Position numbers and translations under genes: made by a program
Shown here: positions 1 to 10,873 of the stretch, in pieces
Layout: the number at the start of each line of letters is the position of its first letter
How positions within the stretch are numbered: position 1 is the stretch's first letter
The notes under the pieces: generated by a model
Told to the model about the DNA's origin: nothing
Seen by the model: only the letters and a program-made list of their open reading frames with translations
The model's database searches: none
Source of the DNA: Candidatus Hydrothermia bacterium
Lineage (GTDB): Bacteria > Hydrothermota > Hydrothermia > UBA1063
Direction of reading: 5' to 3'
Length of the DNA stretch: 64,000 bases
NCBI GenBank assembly: GCA_049719805.1
Contig: JBNARF010000002.1
Span: 15,805 to 79,804, forward strand

Positions 1-775
1 AACCTCCCAAAAACTTCCGCAATTCTATTAGGTTATCGAATACGAGATCCGGCTTTATTGAAGAGTTTTCAAGGTCTTCTTTGCGTGTTTCCCCCGTTAA
101 AACAAGTATGGAGGTAATTCCAAAATCTCTCCCGGTCTTAATATCGGTACTAATACGATCACCTATGATAGCGGTTTCCTCCCTCTTTGCACCGATGGAT
201 TCCATAGCCTTTTTATAAAAGTATTCATTGGGTTTACCGGGTATAAAATCTGGAAGTGCGCCGGTGGCTTCCCTTAGAAAGGCAATGAAGGACCCTACGT
301 CAGGGATGAACCCGGTTTCCACAGGACAGACGTTATCCGGATGGGAAGCGATGTAAAGACCCTTTTTTGGCATTAATTTTATTGTGGCTAAAGAGAGTTT
401 TTGGAAATTAAGGGTTGTGTCAAAGGTTAATACAAGGTTGGGACTTTCGGGATTATTTTTTATTCCCATCCTTTCAAATTCTTTGAGAGTGCTCTTTGTT
501 CCAACAATGAAAGCTTCCCTTACGTTTTTTTCCAGGAGGTACATTGCGGTCGCTAAGCCTGATGTGAATATGTGGGATTTTTTCAGGTTAAACCCTTTCT
601 TCTTTAGAAATTTAAGGTAACCAGAAGTGCTGCGGGATGAGTTATTTGTTAAAATTAAAAATTTTTTGTTTGATTTTATTAGAAAATTGAGAAATTCTAC
701 TGCGCCGGGCAATACTTTTTTCCCCCGGACGAGAGTGCCATCAAGATCAATAAGAAAATAATTGAAGTTTCTCAC
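1..775 (-). CDS. HAD-superfamily hydrolase, subfamily IIA (NagD-like sugar phosphatase); 5' end inside window (GTG ~773-775), 3' end runs off window
   Basis: Reverse-strand translation from ~775 gives VRNFNYFLIDLDGTLVRGKKVLPGAVEFLNFL...LILTNNSSRS. This contains the HAD DxDGT motif and the IIA family TNNS motif. Not in the ORF track because it is truncated by the window edge. Confidence 0.6.
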   Translation of the reverse strand, partial: MRNFNYFLIDLDGTLVRGKKVLPGAVEFLNFLIKSNKKFLILTNNSSRSTSGYLKFLKKKGFNLKKSHIFTSGLATAMYLLEKNVREAFIVGTKSTLKEFERMGIKNNPESPNLVLTFDTTLNFQKLSLATIKLMPKKGLYIASHPDNVCPVETGFIPDVGSFIAFLREATGALPDFIPGKPNEYFYKKAMESIGAKREETAIIGDRISTDIKTGRDFGITSILVLTGETRKEDLENSSIKPDLVFDNLIELRKFLGG

Positions 776-812
776 GATTTAATTATAATTTTTAGCGCTG
801 GAAAAATAAAAA

Positions 813-838
813 GGGTCCCCTTCAGGGGGACCCTTTTT
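813..838 (-). terminator. Rho-independent terminator, bidirectional hairpin: GGGTCCCC-TTCAG-GGGGACCC flanked by A-run and T-run
   Basis: Perfect 8-bp GC-rich stem with 5-nt loop at 813-833. AAAAA lies upstream and TTTTT downstream on the + strand, so it works on either strand. It sits 19 nt after the stop of the minus-strand OMP gene (857). Confidence 0.7.
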
Positions 839-856
839 AAGTTAGAAAGTGACTAA

Positions 857-1771
857 TTAGAAGGAGAAGTGGACGTCCATCACAAGTTTGTTATTGTCAA
901 CCTCGTTAGTCTCTTCCATGTTGATGTTGAAGTAAGTCATTATTCTGATGTGTTTCCCATATCCCCAATTGAATCCCAGCCACAGCTCGTTGGTTTTATC
1001 GTCTGGTGCGGCATCGTCAGGTTCTAAAGAGCCGAATTTAACGGCAGGGCAAATGTAGTGATTTTTCATCGGTAGATCAAATTTTCTGTAGGCCTGTACA
1101 TAGAAGCCGTAAGACTTAATATTGTCGTCTCTATTATCTCTATAAATATAGTTTCCTTCTAAATTAATCAGGGAGTGCTTAAATTCAATATAACCTTCGT
1201 AGAGCTTGTACCATTTTGTATGATGCATGGTGTAATAACTTCCGCCCACCTTAATCATATCAACGGGCTTAACGGTTATGTTTGCAATATAGCCTTTCAT
1301 TCTGTCAGTGGGGTGGTTTTCAAGTACTGCCGCCTTAAGCTCAGTGTAAGGAAGGTCAGCTATAGCCATTATTCCTCCATCGGCACCAAGACCAAGATTA
1401 GTAAAGAGTTTGGTAGCGCCTGTTAGAGTAGGTGTAACACTGGTAACTGGGAAGGGTTGGAATTCAAAGCCAAAGGGTACTTTCATTAAACCCATTCTCA
1501 AGGTTACATGAGGTATGTGTTTTAAATCGGCATAGGCATATTTTATTTTCCCCTCTACCAGGTCAGGTTCTACTCTGAAGGAGAGCTTCTCTGTGAGTTT
1601 CCCCTTGAATTGTACCCGCACGTAAGGAAGGGAGAAAAGTCCGTAGTTGTTCTGGGTGCCGTCCATTTCATAGGTATACATTAGGTGGGTATACCCTGTG
1701 ATTTCAATCTTATTACAATCACAGGGTGCTCCAGCATTTGCCAGCATGAATAATATAGTGAGTATTTGCAT
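857..1771 (-). CDS. hypothetical secreted / outer-membrane beta-barrel-like protein
   Basis: 304-aa ORF with N-terminal signal peptide (MQILTILFMLANAGA). Alternating hydrophobic pattern and C-terminal ...VHFSF (aromatic terminal residue typical of OMPs). Strong RBS AAGGAGG upstream. Confidence 0.55.
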   Translation of the reverse strand: MQILTILFMLANAGAPCDCNKIEITGYTHLMYTYEMDGTQNNYGLFSLPYVRVQFKGKLTEKLSFRVEPDLVEGKIKYAYADLKHIPHVTLRMGLMKVPFGFEFQPFPVTSVTPTLTGATKLFTNLGLGADGGIMAIADLPYTELKAAVLENHPTDRMKGYIANITVKPVDMIKVGGSYYTMHHTKWYKLYEGYIEFKHSLINLEGNYIYRDNRDDNIKSYGFYVQAYRKFDLPMKNHYICPAVKFGSLEPDDAAPDDKTNELWLGFNWGYGKHIRIMTYFNINMEETNEVDNNKLVMDVHFSF

Positions 1772-1832
1772 ATAAACCTCCTTTTTATGGTAAAAAAACT
1801 TATAACGTTTAAAGCCTGAAAATGCAAATTTT

Positions 1833-1861
1833 TTGAATCTTCGAATTTAAAGAGTTATAAT
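1833..1861 (+). promoter_or_regulatory. sigma70-like promoter TTGAAT-17nt-TATAAT upstream of rpmA
   Basis: TTGAAT at 1833-1838 and TATAAT at 1856-1861 with 17-nt spacing. AGGAGG RBS at 1873-1878 precedes the rpmA ATG at 1884. Confidence 0.5.
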
Positions 1862-1883
1862 TAAAAGTCACAAGGAGGTTGAT

Positions 1884-2141
1884 ATGGCGCATAAAAAAGG
1901 AATGGGTTCATCAAGAAACGGAAGAGATTCTATTTCCAAGAGACTTGGAGTTAAGATTTATGATGGTCAATTTGTGAAGGCTGGAAATATAATAGTCAGG
2001 CAGAGAGGGACCAAATTTGCCCCTGGGTTTAATGCTGGACTTGGCAGTGATTATACCATCTTTGCTCTTACTGATGGCGTGGTAAAGTTTGAAAGACGCA
2101 GAGGTAAAACCTTTGTTTCTGTCTACCCCCAGGAAAGCTAA
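1884..2141 (+). CDS. rpmA: 50S ribosomal protein L27
   Basis: [24 protein letters not shown]...[27 protein letters not shown] is a canonical L27 sequence. Length 85 aa. Confidence 0.95.
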   Translation: MAHKKGMGSSRNGRDSISKRLGVKIYDGQFVKAGNIIVRQRGTKFAPGFNAGLGSDYTIFALTDGVVKFERRRGKTFVSVYPQES

Positions 2142-2152
2142 ATTAAGAAAGT

Positions 2153-3958
2153 TTATTCAGCTTTTTTGATATCCAGGATTTTTAGTTCCAGGTAGTTTTC
2201 GGGTTTTAAAGAAATATTAAAGGCAAGGCTTAGCTTCTCACTCTCAGCTAAAATTGGGATTTTCTCGGTTCCATCGAAAAAGATGCATCTTAAGGGGCGA
2301 TCCTGGTCCTTTAGTTGAAAGGCTACGTGTCTGTCTCGATAGACTTTGATGGAGTCTTTTTGAATTTCCACACCTTCAAGAGCAAAAACAGGTTCTTTAT
2401 TTCCGACCCCAAAAGGTTTTAATTTCTCGAAGTAGTAAAGGAATTCATCGTTTAATTCTTTCAGTGAAATAGAACCGTCTATCTCAAGGGAAGGTTCGAG
2501 ATCAAGATCCTTTAACTTAAGTGAAGCGTATTCGTTAATTTTTTCTCTAAAGACCTCCAATTTATCCTTTGCAATTTTAAGCCCGCAGGCAAGCTTGTGC
2601 CCGCCAAAATTTTCAAGATATTGCTCAAGTCTTGAAAGGGCATCATGAAGATCGAATTCCTCTATGCTTCTGCCCGAACCTCTCCACACCTGCTTCTCAG
2701 GATCAAAAGAGAGCAAAATAACCGGTCTTCGGAGTTCTTGAGTAAGCTTTGATGCAACAATCCCTACTATTCCGTAATTCCAGTTTTCTGAACCTAATAC
2801 CACAGCGTAGTTTTCCCTGAGGTCGAGTTTTGAGGCGGCAGAATAGGCTTCTTCAAATATCCTTTTTTCCTCTTCTCTTCTCTGATTGTTCAATTTCTGA
2901 AGGTGTTCTGCTAATTTATAAGCTTCATCCTCATCATCGGTTATAAGGAGCCTTAAAGAGTCATTAGCATGGGAAATACGACCTGCTGCGTTTATCCTGG
3001 GAGCAAGGATAAAAGATATGTGAAAAGGATTTATATCTCCATCAGTAATCCCGGAAACTTCCTTTAAGGCTTTTAACCCGAGTTTACGCGATCCCTTTAA
3101 ATAATTAAGACCCCTTTTAACGAGAATTCTATTTTCTTTGAGTAGTGGCACCATGTCTCCCACAGTTCCTAATGCCACGAGGTCCAGATCTTCTTCATAT
3201 TCAGACTCTTTAATGCCTAAATAACGGTAAAGGGCCTCCACAAGTTTGTACGCCACTCCTACTCCTGCGAGGTTAGGGTCTGGATAATCTTCCTCTAATT
3301 TTGGGTTGAGGATCGCAAAAGCGTCCAGGGGAAGAATGAAATCCTCTACAGCTTTAGGTTTTTTATTGTCCTTTGCATGGTAGTTTTGGAGTGAAGAAAA
3401 ATCCTGGTATTCTGATTTAATTATATTTTTTCTCTTTGGTTCATGGTGATCGGTGATGATAACGTCAATCCCTTTAAATTTTGCGATGTAAGAGGCCTGA
3501 AGTGCTGAAATACCCGTATCAACGGTGATTATTAATTTAAAGTTTTCCTTTGCAGCTTTTTCTATTGCTTTCATAGAAAGGCCATAGCCCTCAGTAGCCC
3601 TGTGGGGAATGTAATAGTCCACGTAGAAACCAAGTCTGTCCAGTGCATTGAAAAGTAGGGCAGTGGCAGTGATTCCATCAACATCATAGTCACCGTGGAT
3701 TAATATTTTTTCTCGATTTTCCAGGGCGAAACTTAATCTTTCCAGAATCTTTTTGACGGCGGACATTTTAAAAGGATCAAGGGGACTTACATTCTCCGGG
3801 TACAAAAAGGAATACGAGTCTTCTGGCGGAATCTTTCGGGTCGAAAGAATAATTGAAATTGCCCTGGGTAGTGGGTACTTATCAACAGGATACTCCGGTA
3901 CTTTTATTTTCCATCTCATATAGTTCTTAATTTTCCTGTTATTGTTGTATTCAATCAA
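2153..3958 (-). CDS. recJ: single-stranded-DNA-specific exonuclease RecJ
   Basis: 601 aa. DHH phosphoesterase motifs (HGDYDVDGITATALL; ITDHHEP) and DHHA1 region. Typical RecJ size. Confidence 0.9.
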   Translation of the reverse strand: MIEYNNNRKIKNYMRWKIKVPEYPVDKYPLPRAISIILSTRKIPPEDSYSFLYPENVSPLDPFKMSAVKKILERLSFALENREKILIHGDYDVDGITATALLFNALDRLGFYVDYYIPHRATEGYGLSMKAIEKAAKENFKLIITVDTGISALQASYIAKFKGIDVIITDHHEPKRKNIIKSEYQDFSSLQNYHAKDNKKPKAVEDFILPLDAFAILNPKLEEDYPDPNLAGVGVAYKLVEALYRYLGIKESEYEEDLDLVALGTVGDMVPLLKENRILVKRGLNYLKGSRKLGLKALKEVSGITDGDINPFHISFILAPRINAAGRISHANDSLRLLITDDEDEAYKLAEHLQKLNNQRREEEKRIFEEAYSAASKLDLRENYAVVLGSENWNYGIVGIVASKLTQELRRPVILLSFDPEKQVWRGSGRSIEEFDLHDALSRLEQYLENFGGHKLACGLKIAKDKLEVFREKINEYASLKLKDLDLEPSLEIDGSISLKELNDEFLYYFEKLKPFGVGNKEPVFALEGVEIQKDSIKVYRDRHVAFQLKDQDRPLRCIFFDGTEKIPILAESEKLSLAFNISLKPENYLELKILDIKKAE

Positions 3959-3981
3959 TCCTTTACAATTATTTTACATCT

Positions 3982-4977
3982 ATGACGTTAAAAACAGGTA
4001 AATTACCTCCGGAATTTTTGAAGGAACTGGTAGAGAGCCTCCCATACAAATCAGAGCAAATCCTTATCGGTCCCCATTACGGTGTGGATGGTGCCCTTGT
4101 GATGCTAAAAGAAGGAAAATATGTTTTTACGTCCGATCCCATTACTTTCACTTCCAGAGAAAGTGTGTATTACCTTTTTGCTGCGAATATTAACGATACC
4201 ATTTCAATGGGAGCGAAGCCTGAATTTTTTGCTCTTAATTTACTTTTTCGAGAAGGAATTACGGAGGAAGAAGTAAGAATTATTTTTAATGAAATTGCGT
4301 ACTATTCTAATCTTTACAACGTCAGTGTAGTAACAGGACACACTGAAATAACTCCGGGCCTCAGAAGCAACGTACTCTCTGGTTTTATGGTGGGGAAAAG
4401 TTTAAGATATGTGTCTCCCCAGAAGGTAAGGCCGGGTGATGTGATTGTTCAAATTAAAGGTGTGGCCATTGAAGGTACTTCAATAATATCAAGAGAAAAA
4501 GAAAGTTTACTTTCTGAGAAATTTGGACAGGATTTTGTCGAAAGGTGCAAGGAGTTTCTGTTCAACCCCGGAATTTGCCTTCATGATATAGGTCTTGAAA
4601 TTCTTGAAAATTTTGAAATTCATTATATTCATGATCCCACAGAAGGTGGTATTCAAACTGCAATATATGAGGCCCTTACAGCCTCAAATGCTGGTGGTGA
4701 AATAACAGGCGAAGAAATTATCGTTTATGAAGAGACGGTGAAGGTGTGTGATTTCTTTGGTATCAATCCTCTTGGTTTGATTTCCTCCGGCACCCTCATT
4801 GTAATTCTTGAGGAGCAGGAAGGGCTAAGAATGCATGATTTTTTAAGTGCGCGGGGTATTCCCTCGAGGATTATTGGGAAAGTATTACCCCCTGAGCAGG
4901 GCACCCATATTCGAATGAAGGGCAAAAGAAAACCGTTGAAGCCCTTTATAAGAGATGAAATCCTGGAGGTACTCTGA
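3982..4977 (+). CDS. AIR synthase-related protein (PurM-like N- and C-domains; HypE/ThiL-like)
   Basis: 331 aa with PurM-superfamily features (GPHYGVDGALV; ...VVTGHTE...; C-terminal ...ISSGTLI...). Exact subfamily not resolvable by eye. Confidence 0.5.
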   Translation: MTLKTGKLPPEFLKELVESLPYKSEQILIGPHYGVDGALVMLKEGKYVFTSDPITFTSRESVYYLFAANINDTISMGAKPEFFALNLLFREGITEEEVRIIFNEIAYYSNLYNVSVVTGHTEITPGLRSNVLSGFMVGKSLRYVSPQKVRPGDVIVQIKGVAIEGTSIISREKESLLSEKFGQDFVERCKEFLFNPGICLHDIGLEILENFEIHYIHDPTEGGIQTAIYEALTASNAGGEITGEEIIVYEETVKVCDFFGINPLGLISSGTLIVILEEQEGLRMHDFLSARGIPSRIIGKVLPPEQGTHIRMKGKRKPLKPFIRDEILEVL

Positions 4978-5720
4978 TGTTTGGTTCTTTAATCTTAACT
5001 GGTATTCTTTCTTTTAACTTTCTTTTTGAAACTCAGGGGTATGGTGAACTCAGGAAATATGGCGATACCTTGAGGCACCGAAGTGCTATGGGAAAAATTG
5101 AAATTGAATCTGAGGTTTTTGAGATTAAAGGAATCAGGATGGTTGTCTATGGATATGAGAATATATGGATGGGTCGAGATAAAGGCCCAATTCAACTGGA
5201 TCCACAGGAGGCGGATTATCTTTTGGGTTTTGGTTTTAAGAAGAATCTCCCGGAAAGGTGGATTGGTCTTTATCTCGACCACACATGTTACCACAAAATT
5301 GATACCCTGGTGGATAGGTCTCTTTACTGGAATAAACTCAAGATTCTGCTGAGTAATATGAGATTAAATGAAAAATTCGAAAAAGGAGAGTTATATTATC
5401 GATTTGAATGGGGATTTTACTTGAGACACAGAGATATACCCTGGCTTACAGTGGGTAATCCTAACCAGTTTGATGTTCTTCTTAAATTTCATTACACCCT
5501 CCCCTATGGTAACGAAGTTATGCCCTTTTTAAGCGCAAGTATTTACAGTGGCTTAACTTTGGAATATAATTTAACGCCTGAAATAGAACTAAATTTTGGG
5601 GTTATCATTCCTGGTGAAAGGAATGAAGGTATGTTATATTTGGGATTTAGACCTTTAGACAGAAAAACATATAGGGAAGCAGAAGGGGCTCCTTACGCAG
5701 GGTTTAAAATAAAATTTTAA
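4977..5720 (+). CDS. hypothetical secreted/outer-membrane protein
   Basis: 247-aa ORF. ATGA start/stop overlap with the upstream gene. Hydrophobic N-terminus, aromatic-rich sequence ending ...GFKIKF. Confidence 0.45.
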   Translation: MFGSLILTGILSFNFLFETQGYGELRKYGDTLRHRSAMGKIEIESEVFEIKGIRMVVYGYENIWMGRDKGPIQLDPQEADYLLGFGFKKNLPERWIGLYLDHTCYHKIDTLVDRSLYWNKLKILLSNMRLNEKFEKGELYYRFEWGFYLRHRDIPWLTVGNPNQFDVLLKFHYTLPYGNEVMPFLSASIYSGLTLEYNLTPEIELNFGVIIPGERNEGMLYLGFRPLDRKTYREAEGAPYAGFKIKF

Positions 5721-5733
5721 TAGGAGGAGGGAA

Positions 5734-6876
5734 ATGGGGAAATTATTTACGTCGGAATCAGTGACAAAGGGACATCCAGATAAAATTTGCGATCAGATTT
5801 CTGACGCTGTTCTTGATGCTGTTTTAAAAGATGACAAAAAAGGAAGGGTGGCCGTAGAAGCCCTGACCACCAGAGGACTTGTGATGGTAGCAGGGGAGCT
5901 CACCACATCTACTTACGTGGATATTCCTGAGGTTGTGAGAGAAGTGATCAGGAAGGCTGGTTATGTGAGGCCAGAATATGGATTTGATTACCAATCTGTG
6001 GCTGTTATTACTTCTATTCAGGAGCAATCCCCGGATATTGCTATGGGTGTAGATGTGGGCGGGGCCGGTGACCAGGGCCTTATGTTTGGATATGCTACCG
6101 ATGAAACTCCTGAACTCATGCCCCTTCCCATTGTGCTGGCCCACAAGCTTGTTAGAAGGCTTACGGAAGTAAGAGAACAGGGTATTTTGCCATATTTGAG
6201 ACCTGACGGGAAGTCTCAGGTAACTGTAGAGTATGATGATGCAGGTAACCCCGTAAAAGTGACAGCGGTGGTTTTATCTGCCCAGCACGATGAAGAGGTA
6301 AAAATTGAGAGGTTAAGAGAGGATTTAAGGGAGCTGGTTATAAACTATGTAATTACAGAATCTTTGAGAGACAGGGAAATGAAGTGTTACATAAATCCTA
6401 CTGGTAAATTCGTGCTTGGGGGACCGGTGGCGGACACAGGTGTGACTGGAAGAAAGATTATGGTAGACACGTATGGTGGTTTTGCAAGGCACGGCGGTGG
6501 TTGTTTTTCAGGAAAGGACCCCACCAAAGTGGATCGCTCTGCTGCTTACATGGCCAGGTACATTGCCAAGAATATAGTGAAAGCGGGTATTGCCAGGAGA
6601 GTTGAGGTTCAGCTGGCTTATGCAATTGGTGTTGCTGAACCAGTGGCTATATATGTAGACACCTTTGGAACATCAAAGTATTCAGATGAACAAATTATAA
6701 GAGCCATAAGAAAACGTTTTGATCTCACGCCGAGGGGTATTATTGATGAGCTCGACCTTTTAAAGCCCATTTTTTACAGAACGGCCGCCTATGGGCATTT
6801 CGGTAGGGAAGAAGAAGGCTTTACCTGGGAGCTGACCGACGCCGCTAAGGACCTCCTGGAGCTGGTTAATGAATGA
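5734..6876 (+). CDS. metK: S-adenosylmethionine synthetase
   Basis: [26 protein letters not shown]-terminus. [19 protein letters not shown]-type motif (here [19 protein letters not shown]). 380 aa. Confidence 0.95.
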   Translation: MGKLFTSESVTKGHPDKICDQISDAVLDAVLKDDKKGRVAVEALTTRGLVMVAGELTTSTYVDIPEVVREVIRKAGYVRPEYGFDYQSVAVITSIQEQSPDIAMGVDVGGAGDQGLMFGYATDETPELMPLPIVLAHKLVRRLTEVREQGILPYLRPDGKSQVTVEYDDAGNPVKVTAVVLSAQHDEEVKIERLREDLRELVINYVITESLRDREMKCYINPTGKFVLGGPVADTGVTGRKIMVDTYGGFARHGGGCFSGKDPTKVDRSAAYMARYIAKNIVKAGIARRVEVQLAYAIGVAEPVAIYVDTFGTSKYSDEQIIRAIRKRFDLTPRGIIDELDLLKPIFYRTAAYGHFGREEEGFTWELTDAAKDLLELVNE

Positions 6877-8119
6877 TTTTAAAATAAAAGACATAGAGAA
6901 GGCTGATGAAGGACTAAAAAGGATTGAATGGGCATCTTCCAGGATGCCCGTTTTGAATCAACTGGTAAAGGAATTTGGTGAAAAAAAACCATTAAAGGGA
7001 ATTGTTATTTCTGCGTGTTTGCATGTAACCACTGAAACAGCCAATTTAGTGGTGGCTCTAAAAAAACTGGGCGCGGAAGTATTTCTTGGCCCCTCCAATC
7101 CTCTTTCCACTCAGGATGATGTTGCCGCGGCTCTGGTGAAATTTTTTGGAATCAAAGTATTTGCTATCCATGGTGAAGATGTGGATAGCTATTATGAGAA
7201 TTTAACTTGTGTTGCAGAGAAAAACCCCCACATTATAATGGATGATGGTGGTGATCTTACAAAACTGGTTCATGAGAAGGATGTGAAAAGTGTTTTTGGT
7301 GGGACGGAGGAGACGACAACGGGCGTAATAAGACTAAGAGCCATGGCAAGGGAAGGTAATTTGCGTTTTCCTGTAATTGCTGTGAATGATTCCAGGACAA
7401 AACATCTCTTTGACAACAGGTACGGAACGGGTCAGTCCACCATCGATGGAATTCTCAGAGCAACGAATATTCTGATTTCAGATACGAACTTTGTAGTTGC
7501 AGGTTATGGATGGTGTGGTAGAGGAATTGCTATGAGGGCTAGGGGTATGGGAGCAAGGGTTATTGTCACTGAAGTTGACCCCGTTAAAGCACTGGAAGCT
7601 TTTGAAGACGGATTTATGGTGATGCAAATGAAAGAAGCGGTAAAAATAGCCGATGTGATAGTTACAGCTACGGGGTGCAAAAAGGTGGTAGCAGAGGAAC
7701 ATTTTGAAAATATTAAAGACGGTGCTATTCTTGCAAACGCGGGCCATTTTGATGTGGAAATCGATGTAAAATATTTAAGAGAGAATGCTAGGGATACTAT
7801 GAAAATTAGAGATAATTTAGAAAAGATAGTTTTGAAAAACGGGAAAACCGTTTATCTCCTGGCAGAGGGAAGGCTTGTAAATCTCGCTTCAGGGGAAGGC
7901 CATCCTGCTGAGGTAATGGACCTTTCCTTTTCAAATCAGTTATTGGCTGCAATACACCTTGTGGAACACAAGGGTGAAATGAAGCCCGGGGTCTATGTTT
8001 TACCTGAGGATCTGGACAGGAAGGTGGCGAGCCTGAAGCTCAAAACCCTTGGGGTTTCCATTGATGAATTAAGTGAAGAGCAGAAGAATTATCTATCTTC
8101 ATGGAGGGAAGGAACATAG
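6869..8119 (+). CDS. ahcY: adenosylhomocysteinase (S-adenosyl-L-homocysteine hydrolase)
   Basis: 416 aa. NAD-binding [29 protein letters not shown]. Overlaps metK stop by 8 nt. Confidence 0.93.
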   Translation: MNDFKIKDIEKADEGLKRIEWASSRMPVLNQLVKEFGEKKPLKGIVISACLHVTTETANLVVALKKLGAEVFLGPSNPLSTQDDVAAALVKFFGIKVFAIHGEDVDSYYENLTCVAEKNPHIIMDDGGDLTKLVHEKDVKSVFGGTEETTTGVIRLRAMAREGNLRFPVIAVNDSRTKHLFDNRYGTGQSTIDGILRATNILISDTNFVVAGYGWCGRGIAMRARGMGARVIVTEVDPVKALEAFEDGFMVMQMKEAVKIADVIVTATGCKKVVAEEHFENIKDGAILANAGHFDVEIDVKYLRENARDTMKIRDNLEKIVLKNGKTVYLLAEGRLVNLASGEGHPAEVMDLSFSNQLLAAIHLVEHKGEMKPGVYVLPEDLDRKVASLKLKTLGVSIDELSEEQKNYLSSWREGT

Positions 8120-8128
8120 GAGGAAGTA

Positions 8129-9234
8129 TGTATCTAATATTTTTGTTCCTTGTTAGTCAAATAAATGCCTTAAAGGTGAAAGCTTATGATACTCCCAATG
8201 ATGCAGGTGGGAGTATCACTGTAGAGTGGGAGGTGGACACCACTTTTTTAGGGAGTATAACCTCCCCACGCATTGAAATCTACAGAAGCCAAAATCCAGA
8301 AACTATAGATACTTTGGTGGAAACATTGTATACCCTCACAAACTCTTATTCAGACAACAGCGTAGTAGATAAGAAACCTTACTATTATAGGGTTATCATA
8401 TACTCTGATACCCTTAAAGTTGCGGAAGGGAAAACGGATAAGCCTGTCTATAGCACTGCTCAATGGTTTAATACCAGCAGGAAAGCGGCTCTGATAATCC
8501 TTATTGTCTATACATTCTTCCTAATCTTCTTCATCTCTAAGGCTAAAACGGATAAGAATTTATATATCAGGAAGATAGCCGGTCTTGAGGCCATTGACGA
8601 GGCTGTGGGAAGGTCCACGGAAATGGGAAAGCCCATTCTTTATATAATGGGTCTCGGTTATATTAGTGACATACCCACAGTGGCTTCTCTTGCCATTCTG
8701 AAAAGGGTTGCATCTAAGGCAGCTGAATATAATGCCGATGTTATTGTCCCGTGCTATGACCCTATCGTTATGGTAGCTGCACAGGAAACCGTGAAGGAGG
8801 GGTTTGTGGAGAGTGGAAGGCCCGATCTTTATAAAGAATCAAATATTTATTATCTCACTTCAGATCAGTTCGGGTATGCTGCTGGTGTAGATGGTATCAT
8901 GATGAGACAAAAACCTGGTGCTGTTTTTCTTCAGGGGTATTTCTATGCTGAATCTCTTATCCTTGCCGAAACTGGCCATTCTATAGGTGCTATCCAGATT
9001 TCTGGAACCACTGCCGTTACTCAGCTCCCATTCTTTATCGCTTCCACCGACTATACACTGATAGGGGAAGAGATGTACGCCGCCAGTGCGTATTTGTCCA
9101 GAGATCCCCTTTCTCTTGGAACTATAAAAGGTGAAGATTATCTGAAGATGCTTATTATGATCGTTATCCTTATAGGTACTATACTGGAATCTGCTGGGGT
9201 ACACTATTTAACTCAATTTTTTAGCTTGTTTTAA
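8129..9234 (+). CDS. hypothetical membrane-anchored protein (N-terminal signal/TM, Ig/Fn3-like beta domain, TM, large C-terminal domain)
   Basis: ORF track starts at 8101. ATG at 8129 has a perfect AGGAGG RBS and begins the hydrophobic MYLIFLFLV. No recognisable family. Confidence 0.55.
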
Positions 9235-9243
9235 GGAGGGTAT

Positions 9244-10038
9244 ATGAAGAAAGAAGTTCCTCTTTTAATAACTTTTTTGGCGGGTTTCTTGCTTATTCTG
9301 GCCTTTTTTATACCTCACAAACCCTTCGGAAAAGTTGAGGAGATCTTTAATGATTGGTTCATTATCGTTTCGGGTTTCACTTTAATTCTTGGTATTGATT
9401 CTTTACTGGCCTATAATTTTAACAAAGTAAGGAGAAAGGAAAAGGATGCCCCATATGCACTTGTTACTATTCTGGCATTTTTCCTCACTTTGCTATGGGG
9501 AGTAATTGAAATAATACGCACTCCCGAAAAGAATCCCCTTGCACCATCTTCCTCCTTTGCCAGGTATTTTTACAATTACATGTTTATTCCCCTTCAGGCT
9601 ACTATGTTCGCTATCCTTTCCTTCTTCGTAGCCAGTGCAGCTTACAGGGCCTTTAGAGCCAAAGAGATTAACTCTGCCCTCCTTCTTTTTGCAGCTATTC
9701 TGGTTATGCTGGGTAGAATTCCCATAGGTAATGCCTGGGCTCCTGTGATAATTACCATAATTTTTACTATTTTTGCAATATACTTCCTGGTGGAGTCCGC
9801 AGGAATTACTGATCCTCTCACTAAGGGTATTTATATCCTCGTGGGTCTTTTATTTATTGCCCTAATCTACCCAATAGGGTTTGTATATTTGAAGAAACAT
9901 ATCCCCGAATTTGCTGATTGGTTAATGAATGTTCCCCAGCTCGCCGGAAAGAGAGGAATGATGATAGGTATCGCCTTAGGTCAGATTGCTATGTCCATAA
10001 GAATTATCCTGGGTATTGAAAGAACCTATTTAAAGTAG
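9244..10038 (+). CDS. hypothetical polytopic membrane protein
   Basis: 264 aa, 6-7 hydrophobic helices. AAGGAGGG RBS. 9-nt spacing from upstream gene. Confidence 0.6.
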   Translation: MKKEVPLLITFLAGFLLILAFFIPHKPFGKVEEIFNDWFIIVSGFTLILGIDSLLAYNFNKVRRKEKDAPYALVTILAFFLTLLWGVIEIIRTPEKNPLAPSSSFARYFYNYMFIPLQATMFAILSFFVASAAYRAFRAKEINSALLLFAAILVMLGRIPIGNAWAPVIITIIFTIFAIYFLVESAGITDPLTKGIYILVGLLFIALIYPIGFVYLKKHIPEFADWLMNVPQLAGKRGMMIGIALGQIAMSIRIILGIERTYLK

Positions 10039-10048
10039 GAGGTAGAAA

Positions 10049-10873
10049 ATGGTGAATTTTCTTAAGAAACTTGCCGGAATAGATAGGAGAATCATTTACT
10101 TGTCAGTCTTCCTGGCTGTGGCCATACCAATCCTTACAAAAAGTACTCTAAAGGTTGAGCCTCTTCCTGAAGTGAAGAAAGCTTACGATTATGTAGAATC
10201 TCTCCCAGAGGGTTCCGTGGTAATGGTTTCCATTGATTACGATGCTGCCAGTATGCCTGAGCTCCAGCCAATGCTGGAAGCTTTCCTGCACCATGCTTTT
10301 CGTAGAAACCTCAAAGTGATCATGCTCGGGCACTGGGCTCTTGGGTTACCCCTGGGTCAACAGGCGCTGGAGAACATTGCGAAAATATATAACAAAGTTT
10401 ACGGAGAAGATTATGTGTTTCTTGGCTATAGACCTGGAGTTGCTGCGGTCATTATTAACATGGGTAAGGATATAAAGAGTGTGTTTGCCAGCGATTACAA
10501 ATATACCCCCTTAGATTCAATCCCCTTAATGAGGAGAGTAAAGAATTATAGCGATATTAAGCTTCTTTTTGGACTTGAGGCCGGAGCAGTGGGAGATTCG
10601 TGGATTCAGTTCGGTTATGCAAGATACAACCTTCCTATAATACTCGGCACCACAGCTGTTATGACACCGGATTATTACCCCTATCTACAGGCAAATCAAA
10701 TAGTTTCGGTGATCGGTGGTCTCAGAGGCGCTGCTGATTATGAGGCCCTTGTGGGTATTAAAGGGCAGGCTTCGATAGGAATGTTGCCACAATCAGTAAT
10801 TCACCTGGTAATCATAGCTTTTATTATCATCGGTAATGTGGGGTATCTTGTTTTAAGGAGGTCAAAGAAATGA
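10049..10873 (+). CDS. hypothetical membrane-anchored protein
   Basis: 274 aa. N-terminal TM (IIYLSVFLAVAIPIL) and C-terminal TM. TAGGAGG RBS. Confidence 0.6.
   Translation: MVNFLKKLAGIDRRIIYLSVFLAVAIPILTKSTLKVEPLPEVKKAYDYVESLPEGSVVMVSIDYDAASMPELQPMLEAFLHHAFRRNLKVIMLGHWALGLPLGQQALENIAKIYNKVYGEDYVFLGYRPGVAAVIINMGKDIKSVFASDYKYTPLDSIPLMRRVKNYSDIKLLFGLEAGAVGDSWIQFGYARYNLPIILGTTAVMTPDYYPYLQANQIVSVIGGLRGAADYEALVGIKGQASIGMLPQSVIHLVIIAFIIIGNVGYLVLRRSKK

Noticed and set aside
384-620. 78-aa plus-strand ORF
   Set aside because: Lies entirely antisense within the well-supported HAD-hydrolase gene. No RBS or homology. Spurious.
1175-1426. 83-aa plus-strand ORF and the many 60-115-aa antisense ORFs listed inside recJ, metK, ahcY, hutU, rgy, the giant surface-protein genes, etc.
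   Set aside because: All are embedded antisense or out of frame inside long, homology-supported genes. Typical random ORFs.
1884-2141. rpmA without adjacent rplU (L21)
   Set aside because: The rplU-rpmA linkage is common but not universal. Nothing else is unusual about this locus.
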